Shown: positions 25,638-37,298, counted from the whole stretch's first letter. The stretch: 58,429 bases of DNA, filler included, from Basidiobolus meristosporus CBS 931.73 (GCA_002104905.1; 3 parts of 3 records of this genome joined end to end with filler, not necessarily neighbours in it); one strand, 5' to 3'. Program-made: numbers and translations. Notes: a model not told the origin generated them from the letters alone.

Positions 25638-27521
25638 GTGAAAACTAACAAAGTGGTAGAGGTTGAGATTGTGGTTAATAGTGTAGGAACATCATCGGAT
25701 AATTTCACACCTGGTTCAGATTTACCAGAACAACAAATCTCACCTTCAAGCTCCCCCAGAGAATCAACAAACAAAGTTTATCCAACTTGTGAAGAATTTG
25801 ATGCAGCAATACAAGATTTGTTACTCTCGTCGTCAAGCTCACAAAAGAACAAAGATCTTACTAGAGGAGTATCTATATCAGAAATCGAAAGTATTGCCAA
25901 TGAAGTTATGTTTAATGAGGCATCCCGCACAACTTCTTTGGTAGCAGTAGTGACTGGTAACAAAGAAGCCATTGAACAAGGCGGACTTCTTTGCCATTAC
26001 GATACTCCTATGAGCGCAGCTGAGTTAAAGTTACTTGTCTCAATGCATCAGGAGTTCCTAGCATTTTGGTTAGAGGTATTCTACCAGGAGCCTGGAAGGA
26101 TGACACGCATTCTACATGGGAATCGAGGCCTTAAAGGGATTTCATCCACTCAGGCAAATGTCTATTGGAATGCAACAATCAAACAGTTCTTGCTGTTGTC
26201 TATAAGGATCTCTAATGCAAATCTCCAAAATCAAGACAAATGTTGGGCTGTGGTTGCTAAAAAGGAAAATGTAAAGTCATATTTACTGGTGAGAAGGTTT
26301 AAACATGGTTCAGCCCCGCTTAGCCCATCCACAATGAATAATGTCTTACATCATTTATTGAAAGCGGTGTATTTATATAATATCTGCTATAATCCCCAAA
26401 CAAAAAATGCACCAAATGTGCGCTGCAAAGTTGAGATGTACCTACATGCACTAGGAAGCTTTGCTGGACAAATGAAAAATCAAAATATCTTACTTTGTCG
26501 ACAACAAAAGCAAATTGAGTGTAGAGTGGAAGAAGCAGGGCCAACTGATAGAGAAATAAGCATATTATTCTCAGGGCTTTTGAGGAATATGCAGACTATC
26601 CTAGAGACAGTTTTGCCCTTGGATGAGTTGTCATATGCAGTATTGGAGAACACCGAACTGAACCAGCAGCAACAGAGTACTTTGGGGAAATGGAGTTTTG
26701 TAACAGCTAAAAGTGGGAGAATGATTACCTACCTGACTGAAACCACTCACAGCAAGGAGTCACCTCATTGTCTGCTTCGTCAGTTATCAGTAAGGTTCCA
26801 ACAGTTACTTTATACTGCTATTCAAATTTCAGCACCAAGTAGGAGATGTAAGCCACTGGCTTATATGTTATTACATTCGTCATATCAGCATTCTGCAAGA
26901 GATATCCGGTATTCAGGGGAGCGGAATGTAATGTATGATCCCAAGAATGAACAGTTTATTTTTAATCTCAACAAAGATAAGCGTCCAGGCGGTACTTTAT
27001 TGTCGATGCCAGTAGAGTTGACCAAGTACATCATCTACTGGATTTCTTTGCTTCGCCCAACATGGGTACTGAATCAAGGCCAAGGTCACCCATATTTCTT
27101 TACTCGGTTATGTGGGAAGGGGAGTCTTGATCCGCAACGTACTGGCACTCTATTCCTAGCTGCAATTTGGCAGGTGTTTTCTGATTCAAACAGATCATTT
27201 GATCAGAGAGAATTTTGCCGCTGGTGTTCTGGTTATGGAATATCATATGGCTTAGTTGATGAATATGCTGCTGCTATGAATCATCATCCATCCACGGCCA
27301 GACAGATCTACGCCCCTGAAACCCAGGAATCATTATCTGCTACTGCTATTAACTATTACCAGTGCAATGTGCTACGTAGAAGACTTGGTGGGGCTGAGGT
27401 TAATGATGACGATGATAATGATGATGACAATGATAACAATGATGGTACTTATTTGAAGTGTGGTCGTTTGCAGAAGCAGCGTCGAATAGTGTATACAACC
27501 TCTGAGGATGATGAACAATGA
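25638..27521 (+). CDS. Putative tyrosine recombinase/integrase (627-aa open frame; true start uncertain)
   Basis: Catalytic-type motifs in the expected order and spacing: APSRR (R), FIFNLNKDK (K), PVELTKYIIYWI, PYFF, FDQR (HxxR-like), AAAMNHHPSTARQIY (H...Y). Intronless, with acidic low-complexity ends. Confidence 0.7.
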   Translation: MKTNKVVEVEIVVNSVGTSSDNFTPGSDLPEQQISPSSSPRESTNKVYPTCEEFDAAIQDLLLSSSSSQKNKDLTRGVSISEIESIANEVMFNEASRTTSLVAVVTGNKEAIEQGGLLCHYDTPMSAAELKLLVSMHQEFLAFWLEVFYQEPGRMTRILHGNRGLKGISSTQANVYWNATIKQFLLLSIRISNANLQNQDKCWAVVAKKENVKSYLLVRRFKHGSAPLSPSTMNNVLHHLLKAVYLYNICYNPQTKNAPNVRCKVEMYLHALGSFAGQMKNQNILLCRQQKQIECRVEEAGPTDREISILFSGLLRNMQTILETVLPLDELSYAVLENTELNQQQQSTLGKWSFVTAKSGRMITYLTETTHSKESPHCLLRQLSVRFQQLLYTAIQISAPSRRCKPLAYMLLHSSYQHSARDIRYSGERNVMYDPKNEQFIFNLNKDKRPGGTLLSMPVELTKYIIYWISLLRPTWVLNQGQGHPYFFTRLCGKGSLDPQRTGTLFLAAIWQVFSDSNRSFDQREFCRWCSGYGISYGLVDEYAAAMNHHPSTARQIYAPETQESLSATAINYYQCNVLRRRLGGAEVNDDDDNDDDNDNNDGTYLKCGRLQKQRRIVYTTSEDDEQ

Positions 27522-28499
27522 GATTCTTCTGGATAATTAATCTTGAAGAATACCTTCCAATTTTCCTTACAAAGTGTTATTATTTGTAAATTTTAGTAAA
27601 CATCAAACCCAAAAGTTGTCTATCATTTAGTCAAGTCAAGTTAGTAGCTCCTCTATATCAATTGGCAATAGTGCAGTGGTATCTGCTACTTTTAAGATAT
27701 AGTGTGAAACTTGGTGTATGAGTAGTGATTGATGATTGGAGCGCTAGTATGAATGATGAATACTAGTCATGATTTATATATACGTCTATTTTGTATCTCC
27801 TTCTTTATTCCTTTCCTTCTACTGAGAAATTTGATATTTGGTAGTTGTAGCGCAAAGCAGTCATTTGCTCAATGGCAAAATGCAATAGGTCCTTTGTGAC
27901 CTAGAGGCATGTGTGGTTATTGGAATCCCATGTACTCTGACTGTGAGACTCCTTTGAGGAAGTGCTCCCACTTATTATTATTTCTCAAGTGATCCACCTA
28001 GCTATTGAGTGGTAGGGGTGAGGGTTAGAGTATTTTGCATAATATTTGCCAGCCCTGATTCTGACCTCCGCCTTGCTCTAGTCTAGTGTACTACAGTTTG
28101 AGATGTGGTTTTCAACACGATGTGGTCATTTGTCACTTTTTTTTGCTTCTTGACAATAGGTTCTTTTGTTCTGAACCTAGAGGCACCCTTTGCCTAAAGT
28201 AGAGGTGTACTCTGACTATGTCCTTGGCATTTCCCGAGTTGAATGTGTTGCCACATTTCCTGAACTGTAGACGTGTTGATCCCTCTTGGCTGAAACCTAT
28301 GTTGGGAGTAATATATAGCTTCCTATAGCCTTGGGTTTTAAGCAATAATTAGTAGCATCCATCTTTGGTTTGGCACCACGCAATCATCCTCTAACCTCCT
28401 CTACCTTTCTTTTAAGGTGAGTTGAGCTGTGAAAGAGGCAGGTTTTCTTGAAATTTGGCTGCAATAAACAGACGTTGTTTGTTGGTTGCACTGATTGCA

Positions 28500-29065
28500 G
28501 CTCATTTGAGTGAGTGCGGCTATCTTGCTGTTTGCTTAAGGAAGAGAAGAAATCTTAGTCATGTGCGCCCACCTTTAGTATCTTGCGAGTTACAATAATG
28601 GGCTTGCACTAGGCTCCCTTAAGCCTATGAGCGGCAATATCACTTGCATTGTCTGTCTCTGACTAAGTTTTGGGGTTGTTTTATCACTTGACATAGCTGT
28701 TTGCTGGTAAGGGTCTGGCAATAGGGACTTTGTTCTCTAGATGCACAAGGTGAGGGAGTGACCTTTGTGCTCTGGCTGTGCTCCTCATTTGAGTGAGTGT
28801 ACACTTCAAAGCATTTCTTGAACGCATTTGCTGCAATATAAGGAATGGAGAGGTGTTGTTGTGTTGGTCATGTGCGCCTACAATATCTTGTAAATTGCAA
28901 GAAAGGCTTGCACTGGGCTCCCTCACGCCCATGAGCGTTGATACTTCTAGTATTCTTTGTCTCTGACTGCATTACTATATCTATTCAACTCTCCTAAATA
29001 TTGCTGTTTGCTTGTAAAAGCCAGGCAATAGCAGCAGCGCACTTTGCATCCTAGATGCACAATTT
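28500..29065. repeat. Diverged tandem duplication, period ~285-305 bp
   Basis: ctcatttgagtgagtg at 28501 and 28784; gtcatgtgcgcc, ggcttgcact.ggctccct, tgtctctgact and ctagatgcacaa each occur twice. Confidence 0.7.
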
Positions 29066-29282
29066 TATATATTTCAGAAATATTTTACACCTGTCATGTT
29101 AATAACGGCTGGTATAGTTGTACATTAATAAACTTGTGAAATAGCACACCATTTATTAGGCAACATCTCTCCCGCGCAATACAGCTCACCCATGGATAGC
29201 AATGAACTCTTCACTGTAGATATATATTTCCCAATTATGAAATTAGTTGTATTATGGATAAAATAAGTCTTAAGAAATCGGG

Positions 29283-31852
29283 CTATATATTATTTAAGAA
29301 AATGAATTTTTTGTTGATATCTGGATCGCACAGCATAGGTTGCCATTGCTGAAAGAAATTGGTTGACCCTCTGATCATTCCCGGCGACATAGTGTTTTTG
29401 CACCCATACGGGGTGTGCATTTCATATGGATCCTCATTGTCATGCAGCCTAATGAATTTGCTTGAATAGACAACCTTCTCTTGATTGTAGTTCTGGTTCA
29501 TTATGCGCAAGAAGACATCCTGTAAGGATGCTCCCAAGATCCCATAGTTGGCAATTCCCATTGCTCTACCGTTCAATTTCAGAAAGCGTAGCAAGGCCGG
29601 GATTTCACGGTTACAGTTGGTTGGAATCATAATCACGCTTTCAGCACCCAAATCGGAGGTACTGACGGCTTTGGGAATGAGGCGCCAAACTCAAGTTAGG
29701 ATCTCAACGTTGGTTATATGTGTGGTTGCATTTGTCTTGACAACAGTGAGAGTATAGCCTACCCCATAGTTAGCCTTGAAGAACAATGAGCTTCCAATAC
29801 ACTGGAGCCTGCTGTAACACACAATAGCGATCCAATCCCCAAGCAGGTTGGCCTTCTCCATGAAATGGGTGGTTAGCACAATTATACGGCCTGCTCAATT
29901 ATGGTTGATGACATCCCAGGTGGATCTCCTGGAATAAGGATCCATACCGCTAGTTGGCTCATCAAGGAATACAACCTTGGAGTCCCCAATAAAAGCGATG
30001 GCTACGGATAGCTTTTGCTTTTGCCCTCCAGATAAGGTCTGCACATAGCTATCTGCCTTTTCCAGTAGGCCAGTCTGAGCAATGAATTTCTCCACGTTGC
30101 CAGATATTTTTGAATTTGGCACTCCCTTCAGGCCGGCGTACAGAGTAAGTGTCTGCCTGACGGTCAGCCTGTCCCACAGTATATCATGTTGAGGACAGAC
30201 GCCTAGCCGCTGACAAACCTGCTGCAAATCCCAACGTACACTATAGCCATTGTTGATAGCATCTCCTGAAGTGATGGGAATCATCCCAGTGAGCATTGAG
30301 ATAGTCGTAGATTTCCCACATCCATTATGGCCCAGGAATGAAACCACCTGACCCTCATACATATTGATGCTAAGTAGGTCAACTGCAGGAGTTTGGGAAT
30401 TCCCGTAAACCTTGGTCAAACCCTTCAGAGACAACCCTACTTTTTGCTTGCTGGATACTGGCTCAACAAGGTGCTCCAAATCTTCCTGGTTGTTGGCGTA
30501 GAATAGAAGATTTGATGGCGTCCCTTTCCAGTATGACATCTTGAATGGAAACAATATCGGTTTGGGCGTCCCATATTTGCTAGGGATCACCTGGCTGAGA
30601 TACCAAGCCAGAACAAGGTACAAGAAAGTGTCCAAGACCAACATCATATAGGTCCCCAGCAAGCTCAAGTTGTTTTCCAAAGATTCCAAGATATCACTGG
30701 CTCCCAGCCCTGCCCCGCTCTGCTCCGCTCTTTCAAGACAAAGGCCATATTCCCATAAAGAAAAGCAGCTGGGGAAAATATCAACGCCAGGCCTTGAACC
30801 AATGCCCCTGCAGATGATCTTGAGGCTATTTGGCCCAAGGCTGACATGCAGCAAACAACCAGCATGGAGACAAGCCCCGAGAATTTAGATTTCAAGAAGA
30901 ATGAGAATAGCGTAAATGACAAGGCGGTGATCGACATGCCAGTAAGCAGGTACAGCATCAGCACCAGAAATAAGCTAGACCTGGGAAAGATCACATAATG
31001 AACTACAGTGGAACACAGCACCCATGGAATGCTATGGGTCAGAAGTCCAGTGATCAGCCAGCTGCAATAATACAACTGCTCACTAAGGCCCATCATCAAC
31101 ATCCCTTCCTTGATCTTGCTTTCTTTTTCTAGCGTCATTTGCCCAGTCAAATCCAAGATGGTTACTGTGAAGACAAGGATGAAAAATGTGCACCCAACAT
31201 CCCGGAGAATATCATGAAACTTGCAAAGATACTCAGCCTTGAGGCCGTCTTGATTTGACTCAGTGAACTGGATCTTCATTGGTTGCCAGTCACTGGCAAT
31301 AGGCGCATTCCCCAATACCTGGGAGATGATGGCCCAGTCTACTAGTAACTGTAATGGAAGCGCATCATTGGACTTGAAATTCTCAATGTTGGAGTCAACA
31401 TTGGTCATGCCATCCCGCTTGATTATTGGAATGGCGCAAATTGTGTAATTCCATGAATCACCGGCCTGAGTAAAAAGCAGCAAAGCCCAACATGGATATG
31501 TGTTGCTGCTGCAGAAGGAGTTCAAAGCATCAGTGGTGGGGAACTCTTGCAAGTGATCTGCTGCTATGCTGGGACTTAATTTGGATAGAATCTGCAACAC
31601 GCTACTTTGATCTCCAGATTGATCAGCCCATCCAAGCTTCTGGGTGGCAAAATTGCTAACTGTAAGCTTGATTGGAGTGGCCTCTATTGCATAGCCGTAG
31701 GTTTGGTTGTTGGCAAATTTGGTGACACTGCCACGGATGCTGGCAAAGAGCCCAATGATTAACAATGGAACAAGGACATTCCTACATGTGCTGCGGATCC
31801 AGCTTGCCTTGTACAATAGGAAATTCTTATACAATAAATACTTAAGAGTCAT
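29283..31852 (-). pseudogene. ABCA-subfamily ABC transporter, N-terminal half, disrupted
   Basis: LLYKNFLL start typical of ABCA; TM region; NBD with GHNGCGKST, LSGGQKQKL, VFLDEPTSGMDP. Frame changes near 30700, 29890 and 29650; no second TMD/NBD. Confidence 0.85.
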
Positions 31853-32820
31853 TTGAAAGTTGGTCTAACGTTGTTGAGGTACATGGTGCGGGATTTGTTT
31901 GCTTTTATTGCTAAGCGTGTTGCCAAGAAAATAAGTTGTGTAGCCCTTTGATTTTCTTGGCTATTTATGCTTGTACTAACTAGCCCCATATTCCTTCCGT
32001 GTTGGTTGAACACCAGATATACAAAGCCAGTCTTGTGCAATCAATCTTGGCTCCAACAACGTGGATCAAATCATCATGCCAAGATGTATTATGACTATCC
32101 AGATTGAAAGTAATCACAATGTATGTAACTGGGTATTGGGCTTATGGAGTAGTGGCCTGGAAACCATTGCTTTAGCTGAATGTTCCATGAGTCAGATAGC
32201 AATTGATAGAGTACAGTTAGAGTTATTGGTATTTAGCATTCTGTGTATCATTTTGCCCATAGTTTTGTTATTGATCATATTATATATAAATACAAGAAAA
32301 ATAGCCATGATCTTGTTTGCAAGCCATACATGAATCAACACCTGGAACACAATATTTGAATCTACACAATAACCAGTGATACATTAAGTATGCTGCTATA
32401 TTTGCACTGTTGCTTAACTTGCCATAGCTCCCAACATTTCACAACTGAAGATATTGGTGGTGTTGAAGCATGTAGAGATACAAAATAAGGAAGACAACTA
32501 TGCTCCAAATATGTCACTACATCACATGCAGCTGTTTGTGGCCACAGAACCCATTCACATAAATGAGACAAAACACAGTAAGCACAGCTTTGGACCATAC
32601 CGTCTCTCAAACAATGGAGCACAATAGAGTAATATCCTGTCACTTGGGAGAATGTTTTGTACGGAGGGAGTCATGTTTGTTGACAAAATAAGCATGGCGG
32701 CAAAATGGTTGACAAATAAGGAGAGTACTAGAGTGGGTCTGAAGCGTGGAGATAGTCACATGTCAGTAAGTGAAGTGCCATACCTCCACAATTCAGTGAC
32801 ACAAATATTAACTTGACGCT

Positions 32821-33784
32821 TGGATTTTCAGAGGCATACCAACATTAGTGCTTGCTTTCGTATCATACTTCTATCTTCCAGACTTCCCAGAGACCGCATC
32901 ATTCCTCATGGAAGATGAACGTCAATTGCTGATGGCACGGCTCAAGCATGATGCAGGTGCTGCATCAGCGACTGAATTCAAAGAATTCAAAGATGGCTTT
33001 ATCGACTGGAAGATTTACTTGCATATGGTTGTCTACATATGCGGATCAACTCCATTGTATAGCTTGAGCTTATTCTTGCCAAGTATCGTAAGCGGGATGG
33101 GATTCACCAGCCTTACAGCCCAGCTCATGTCTTCTCCTCCTTGTGCCATTGCCTGTGCCTTCACTATTCTCGTATCCCTCCATGCTGATCAGAAGAAGGA
33201 GCGTGGGTTCCATATTGCACTTTGGATGTTTATCGGGATGATAGGTTACCTGTTGCTCATTGTACTTAGACATCATGGATCAACAGCACTATATATTTTG
33301 GCAATTATTACGACCACCGGAGTATTTGCAAATATTCCTAGTATGCTGTTGTGGTTCACCAACAATATTGGTGGCCATACCAAGAGGGCAGTAGCATCTG
33401 CTCTCATCATCTTCTTCGGTAACATTGGCGGAGCGTTAGGAGGCCAGGTAAATTATATTTAGCCAATTCAATCCTTGGAATCCCGAGCTCACAGTCCTGT
33501 TGTTGAAAGATCTACAGAGCCAATGATGGTCCATATTACCCACGTGGCCATGCTATTTGCTTGAGTTGCATGGCTCTTGGCTGGGTAACCGCATTGGTGT
33601 TCAAATGGCTATTGATTTGTGAAGACAAGCAACGTGATAATTTGACCATTGAACAGTATGAAAAGGAAAGTAATGTTATTGAGCCAGGCAATTGGGTACG
33701 TCTCTTAAGAATCCCTTGTCACTAGAATCATCATTAAGATATCTCTTATATATATAGCATCCAGATTTCCGTTACATCTCATAA
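32821..33784 (+). pseudogene. MFS transporter (Dal5/Tna1 anion:cation symporter family), C-terminal half only
   Basis: WIFRGIPTLVLAF..YLPDFPETASFL, NNIGGHTKRAVA, then spliced IYRANDGPYYPRGH and HPDFRYIS*. No N-terminal coding sequence upstream. Confidence 0.75.
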
Positions 33785-34814
33785 TTCCATCCCAAGTTTT
33801 GTCAATCTTTGGACACTCTGCATAACGAACTTGTCCATTAATTTTTATTCATATGTTGTATTAGTGATTGAATGGGTCGGTTTTCAGAACAAAGATCAAG
33901 TGCCTAATGGATTCAGAATGTGCATCACAGTATCAGTTGTATAATGGGTTGTAAGCAACTGTACCAGGGCTTATCCGGATAATGTGACAATTTCATGTAT
34001 AGTATATACTTATCGCATTTTTGATAACATCGCTACTTTATATATAAGTGATGTAAATAAATCAGGCTATGCTTGGAGCTGATCTGCAGTAGTGATCAAG
34101 TTAATTTGTTTGAGTTAGTATGTTGCAACCAAGAAGCAAAACTGGACTTTCTCCAATTATATTTGTGTATGCATTACGTGGATGACTTAGATTTACTGGA
34201 CTTGATTTGTACTGTGAATGCCTATACATATTTGGTCATGGTGAACTACCTGCATGTGATTCATATGGACTAATTAGGCTATGCATACCTCTGATTGCAC
34301 AACTTGCAGCCTCATAGTTACTTGCAAAACTCTAGTATTGTGCATTGTTCTAAGGTATTTCAGAATCAAATAATTGTTCAACCATGAATCAGATGCAAAT
34401 GTACTCCCAATTGCATGTATTTATCTCAAGTAAGTCTCTGAACTATATTGTGCTGCCATATACACATTACTGTAGTGAATTTTGTAATTACACCTGAATA
34501 TTCACATGGTCACTTGGATCATAGCCTTCCAATCTTAGAGAATTCTGCCTAAATCTTTGGTTAGAACTTGGAGATTTTTTGTATGCAGTGTACAAGTTGC
34601 ATTTGGTGAAATAATTTGGGTGATCTAAAGAGCCCTAAAATTTGCATACATGCTCTTGAAACCTTTTCCAACATATTCTATAGGCTTGTTTTGCCAATAC
34701 CATGTAAAAGTAGAGATCCAACTTTGAGATTCAATAAACATGAAGTGAGAACCAGAATATCTACTTATACTCCCATTCACTACCAATATCTCTAAGAGCC
34801 TTACACAGAGAAAG

Positions 34815-35110
34815 AGTCACTGTTGTATTGAAATCTTTATTCAGCTAAGCAGTTACATAAAGCTACTAAAGCTAATAATTAAAGAAGCCAACCAATAGTT
34901 GCAACTCTCTTAGGTAAATAATAATAATAAAACTTAGAATCTTGGGTGAAATTGCACTAAGCTAAATGAAGCACTTTTGGCAAGAAGAGAAAGTTGAGGG
35001 CTTTTGGGGAAATTACAAACTGTAAATGGTGCTTGTCTATATAATGAATATTGCAGCAAAAGCCTGGAATCATGTTGTCATGGAAACAGGTATAGACTTT
35101 GAGATAACTC
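34815..35110 (-). mobile_element. Old 3' fragment of telomeric RT element, subfamily B
   Basis: Diverged end motif GTCAC..TGAAATCTTTATT..AAAGAAGCCA (34815-34890). Minus frame IPGFCCNIHYIDKHHLQFVISPKALNFLFLP is homologous to 36122-36292. Confidence 0.7.
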
Positions 35111-35115
35111 TGGTC

Positions 35116-35966
35116 TGTTGTAAAAGTTTATAATTCCACCTAAGTGTTTACCAAAGCTAGCCACTTGGATCATTCCCTTCTAATCCTAGAGAACACTAGC
35201 CAAATTACTTGTTGGGATCTACTCAGAATATTTTCACCAATTTAACAGGTAACCAGAACATGAGAAATCTCAAAGTTGTCCAAACAGTCCCAAACTTTGC
35301 ACACATGTTCTTGGGACCTTCCTACACCTATTCTATGTGCCTTTATGCCAAGACCATGTAAAAGTATAAATACTACTTTTACATTCAATAAATCATTAAG
35401 TGAAAGCCACATAATCTACTTGTTCTCCCAATCACAGTCAAAATGTTTGAGACTCTTACAGCAGGTTATGAGCCCCAAGCTGTCACTCTCAGAAATGTCT
35501 ACTGCTGCTAGTACTGGAATTTTTCCCTCTGCTGGAAAGTTGAATGGATCAACCTGTTGTAAGAGTCTTGGAGATATTGGAAGTGATTGGGAGAACAAGT
35601 AGATTATGTGGTTTTCACTTAATGATTTATTGAATGTAAAAGTAGTATTTATACTTTTACCTGGTCTTGGCATTACAAACACATAGAATAGGTTAAGGAA
35701 GGTCCCAAGAACATGTGTGCAAAGTTTGGGGCTGTTTGGACAACTTTGAGAATTTTCATGTTCTGGGTACCTGGTATTTTGGTGAAAATATTCTAAGTAA
35801 ATCCCGACAAGGAATTTGGTCAGTATTTTCTAGGATTTGAAGGTAATGATCTAAGTGACTAAGTTAGGTGAATATTTAGGTGGAAATACAAATTTTTACA
35901 ACACAACCTACCCAGTGCAAAAGGTAAAGATGAAGATGTGGCTACAAGAAAGAGGCCTTTGGGATA
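35116..35966 (+). mobile_element. Copia 5' LTR (35116-35463), PBS and gag start, interrupted by a solo LTR and truncated at 35966
   Basis: LTR followed by GGTTATGAGCCC; gag MSPKLSLSEMST...GS|solo LTR|..KVKMKMWLQERGLWDI, then TTAGGGG. Confidence 0.9.
35555..35903 (-). mobile_element. Copia solo LTR with 5-bp TSD CAACC
   Basis: TGTTGTAA...TTACAACA, 349 bp; CAACC at 35550-35554 and 35904-35908. Confidence 0.93.
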
Positions 35967-36292
35967 TTAGGGGAGGGAAAGTCACCAAGTTGATGAAATC
36001 TTTATTTGAGTTAACAACTAATCTAAGTACAAATAAAGGGGAGGGAAAGTCACCAAGTTGGTGAAATCTTTATTTGAGTTAAGAACTAATCTAAGTACAA
36101 ATAAAAAGCCAATTAAGAGGTCTAGAACCTCTCTAATAAGTAATCTAATCTATGTTTTGTTTCATCTCTAATGTGTGTTTCAATAAAGTAAAGCTCATCA
36201 GGGGTAAATATAAAATTCAGGGGTTTTGGGGGAAGTACAAATTGTAGATGTTTCTGATCAATATAATCCAAGACTGGAACCCAGCCTGGGAT
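35967..36292 (-). mobile_element. Telomeric RT subfamily B: two tandem 3'-end units plus the last 57 codons of an RT ORF (36122-36292)
   Basis: (TT)AGGGGAGGGAAAGTCACCAAGTTG(A/G)TGAAATCTTTATTTGAG occurs twice. ORF end IPGWVPVLDYIDQKHLQFVLPPKPLNFIFTPDEL aligns to subfamily A PYHIPLINVVHKSFLPLLLPPFPLNSVLSTEEL. Confidence 0.8.
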
Positions 36293-36550
36293 TAGGTGTA
36301 GTAGGAAAGGGTTAGGGTGTAGGTGTTATAGTAAGGGCTAGGAAAAGGTTAGAAGAGCAGGGGGTCTGGGGGATGCAGTCCCCTAGAGAATAAAAAAGCA
36401 GGGGGTTTGGGGGATGCAATCCCCCATACTGCTCCCATACTCTTTAAATTCCTGTGGGATTACTTTTCTCTCATTCTTGGTTCTGGTCCCTTAGGGTTAG
36501 AATTCCTCCTCCTAACCCTTATCACCCTAACCATAAATATTTTTACCCTA
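36292..36550. repeat. Diverged relative of the module B terminus (double GCA hairpin)
   Basis: Degenerate TTAGGG run, then AGAGCAGGGGGTCTGGGGGATGCAGTCCCCTAGA...AGCAGGGGGTTTGGGGGATGCAATCCCCCATACTGCTC, then CCTAACCC/CCCTAACC tract. Confidence 0.85.
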
Positions 36551-36959
36551 CAATTGGCACATTGTCTGCTCATATAGTGGGCATGTCTGGGCCAATATTT
36601 GTCTCCCTATACTGTCCATACGCTCTGTATAAGTCTTGATGACTATTTAATTAATAAATTGTTATTTTTAATGTATATCTAATAATTAATGGGAATCATC
36701 CCAAGCTAGCCACAATCCCATATTTTGATAAGCTTTGGGCACCATAAATTGCGCGGCCCTAATATGATAAAAAAATTCATGGCCAATACAAATTTTCTGT
36801 AACCTGATTGCTTTTACCAAATATAAAGTGTATCCAAAAGTTCAATATATATTATGACTATAATAGAAACTTTATTTGACACCATTGCAACTACTACTTA
36901 TGTTCTATGCGCACATGTATCCCGCGGGAATTGTAAAACTTAGCCACGTGGTACAAAAG

Positions 36960-37202
36960 TGCTTTTATTTTTCATCATGATAGTTTTACATGAGTTCCTA
37001 ACGCACTTCGAAAGTACACAGTAGCCATACCCCAACAGGTTTTAAGGATGTCCACTAGCTACGTCTACTTGTGTCTAGCGGGAGCCATCAATCATCAGCC
37101 GCGAAATACTGAAATGCTTTTATTTTTCATCATGCCAGATTTGTATGAATCCCTAACGCACTTTCATAGTGCGCGGTAACCATACCCCAACAGGTTTTAA
37201 GG
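36960..37202. repeat. Two 88-bp diverged direct repeats (36960-37047, 37115-37202)
   Basis: tgcttttatttttcatcatg...cctaacgcactt...ccataccccaacaggttttaagg occurs twice. Confidence 0.85.
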
Positions 37203-37298
37203 GTTAGGGGGGATGATCATCACCAAAGGGTGAAATCTTTATTTAAATAATAAATAAAGAAGCCAAGTTTGAATATGAATATCTGAGATGCAGGAAGC

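Noticed and set aside
17799-28030. Starship giant transposon
   Set aside because: The recombinase is the last gene rather than the first, shows no DUF3435 features I can recognise, and the host does not look like Pezizomycotina.
36195-36210. Hammerhead ribozyme core (CTGATGAG on the minus strand)
   Set aside because: Lies inside the RT-B coding stub (PDE codons), and I find no matching stems or GAAA partner.
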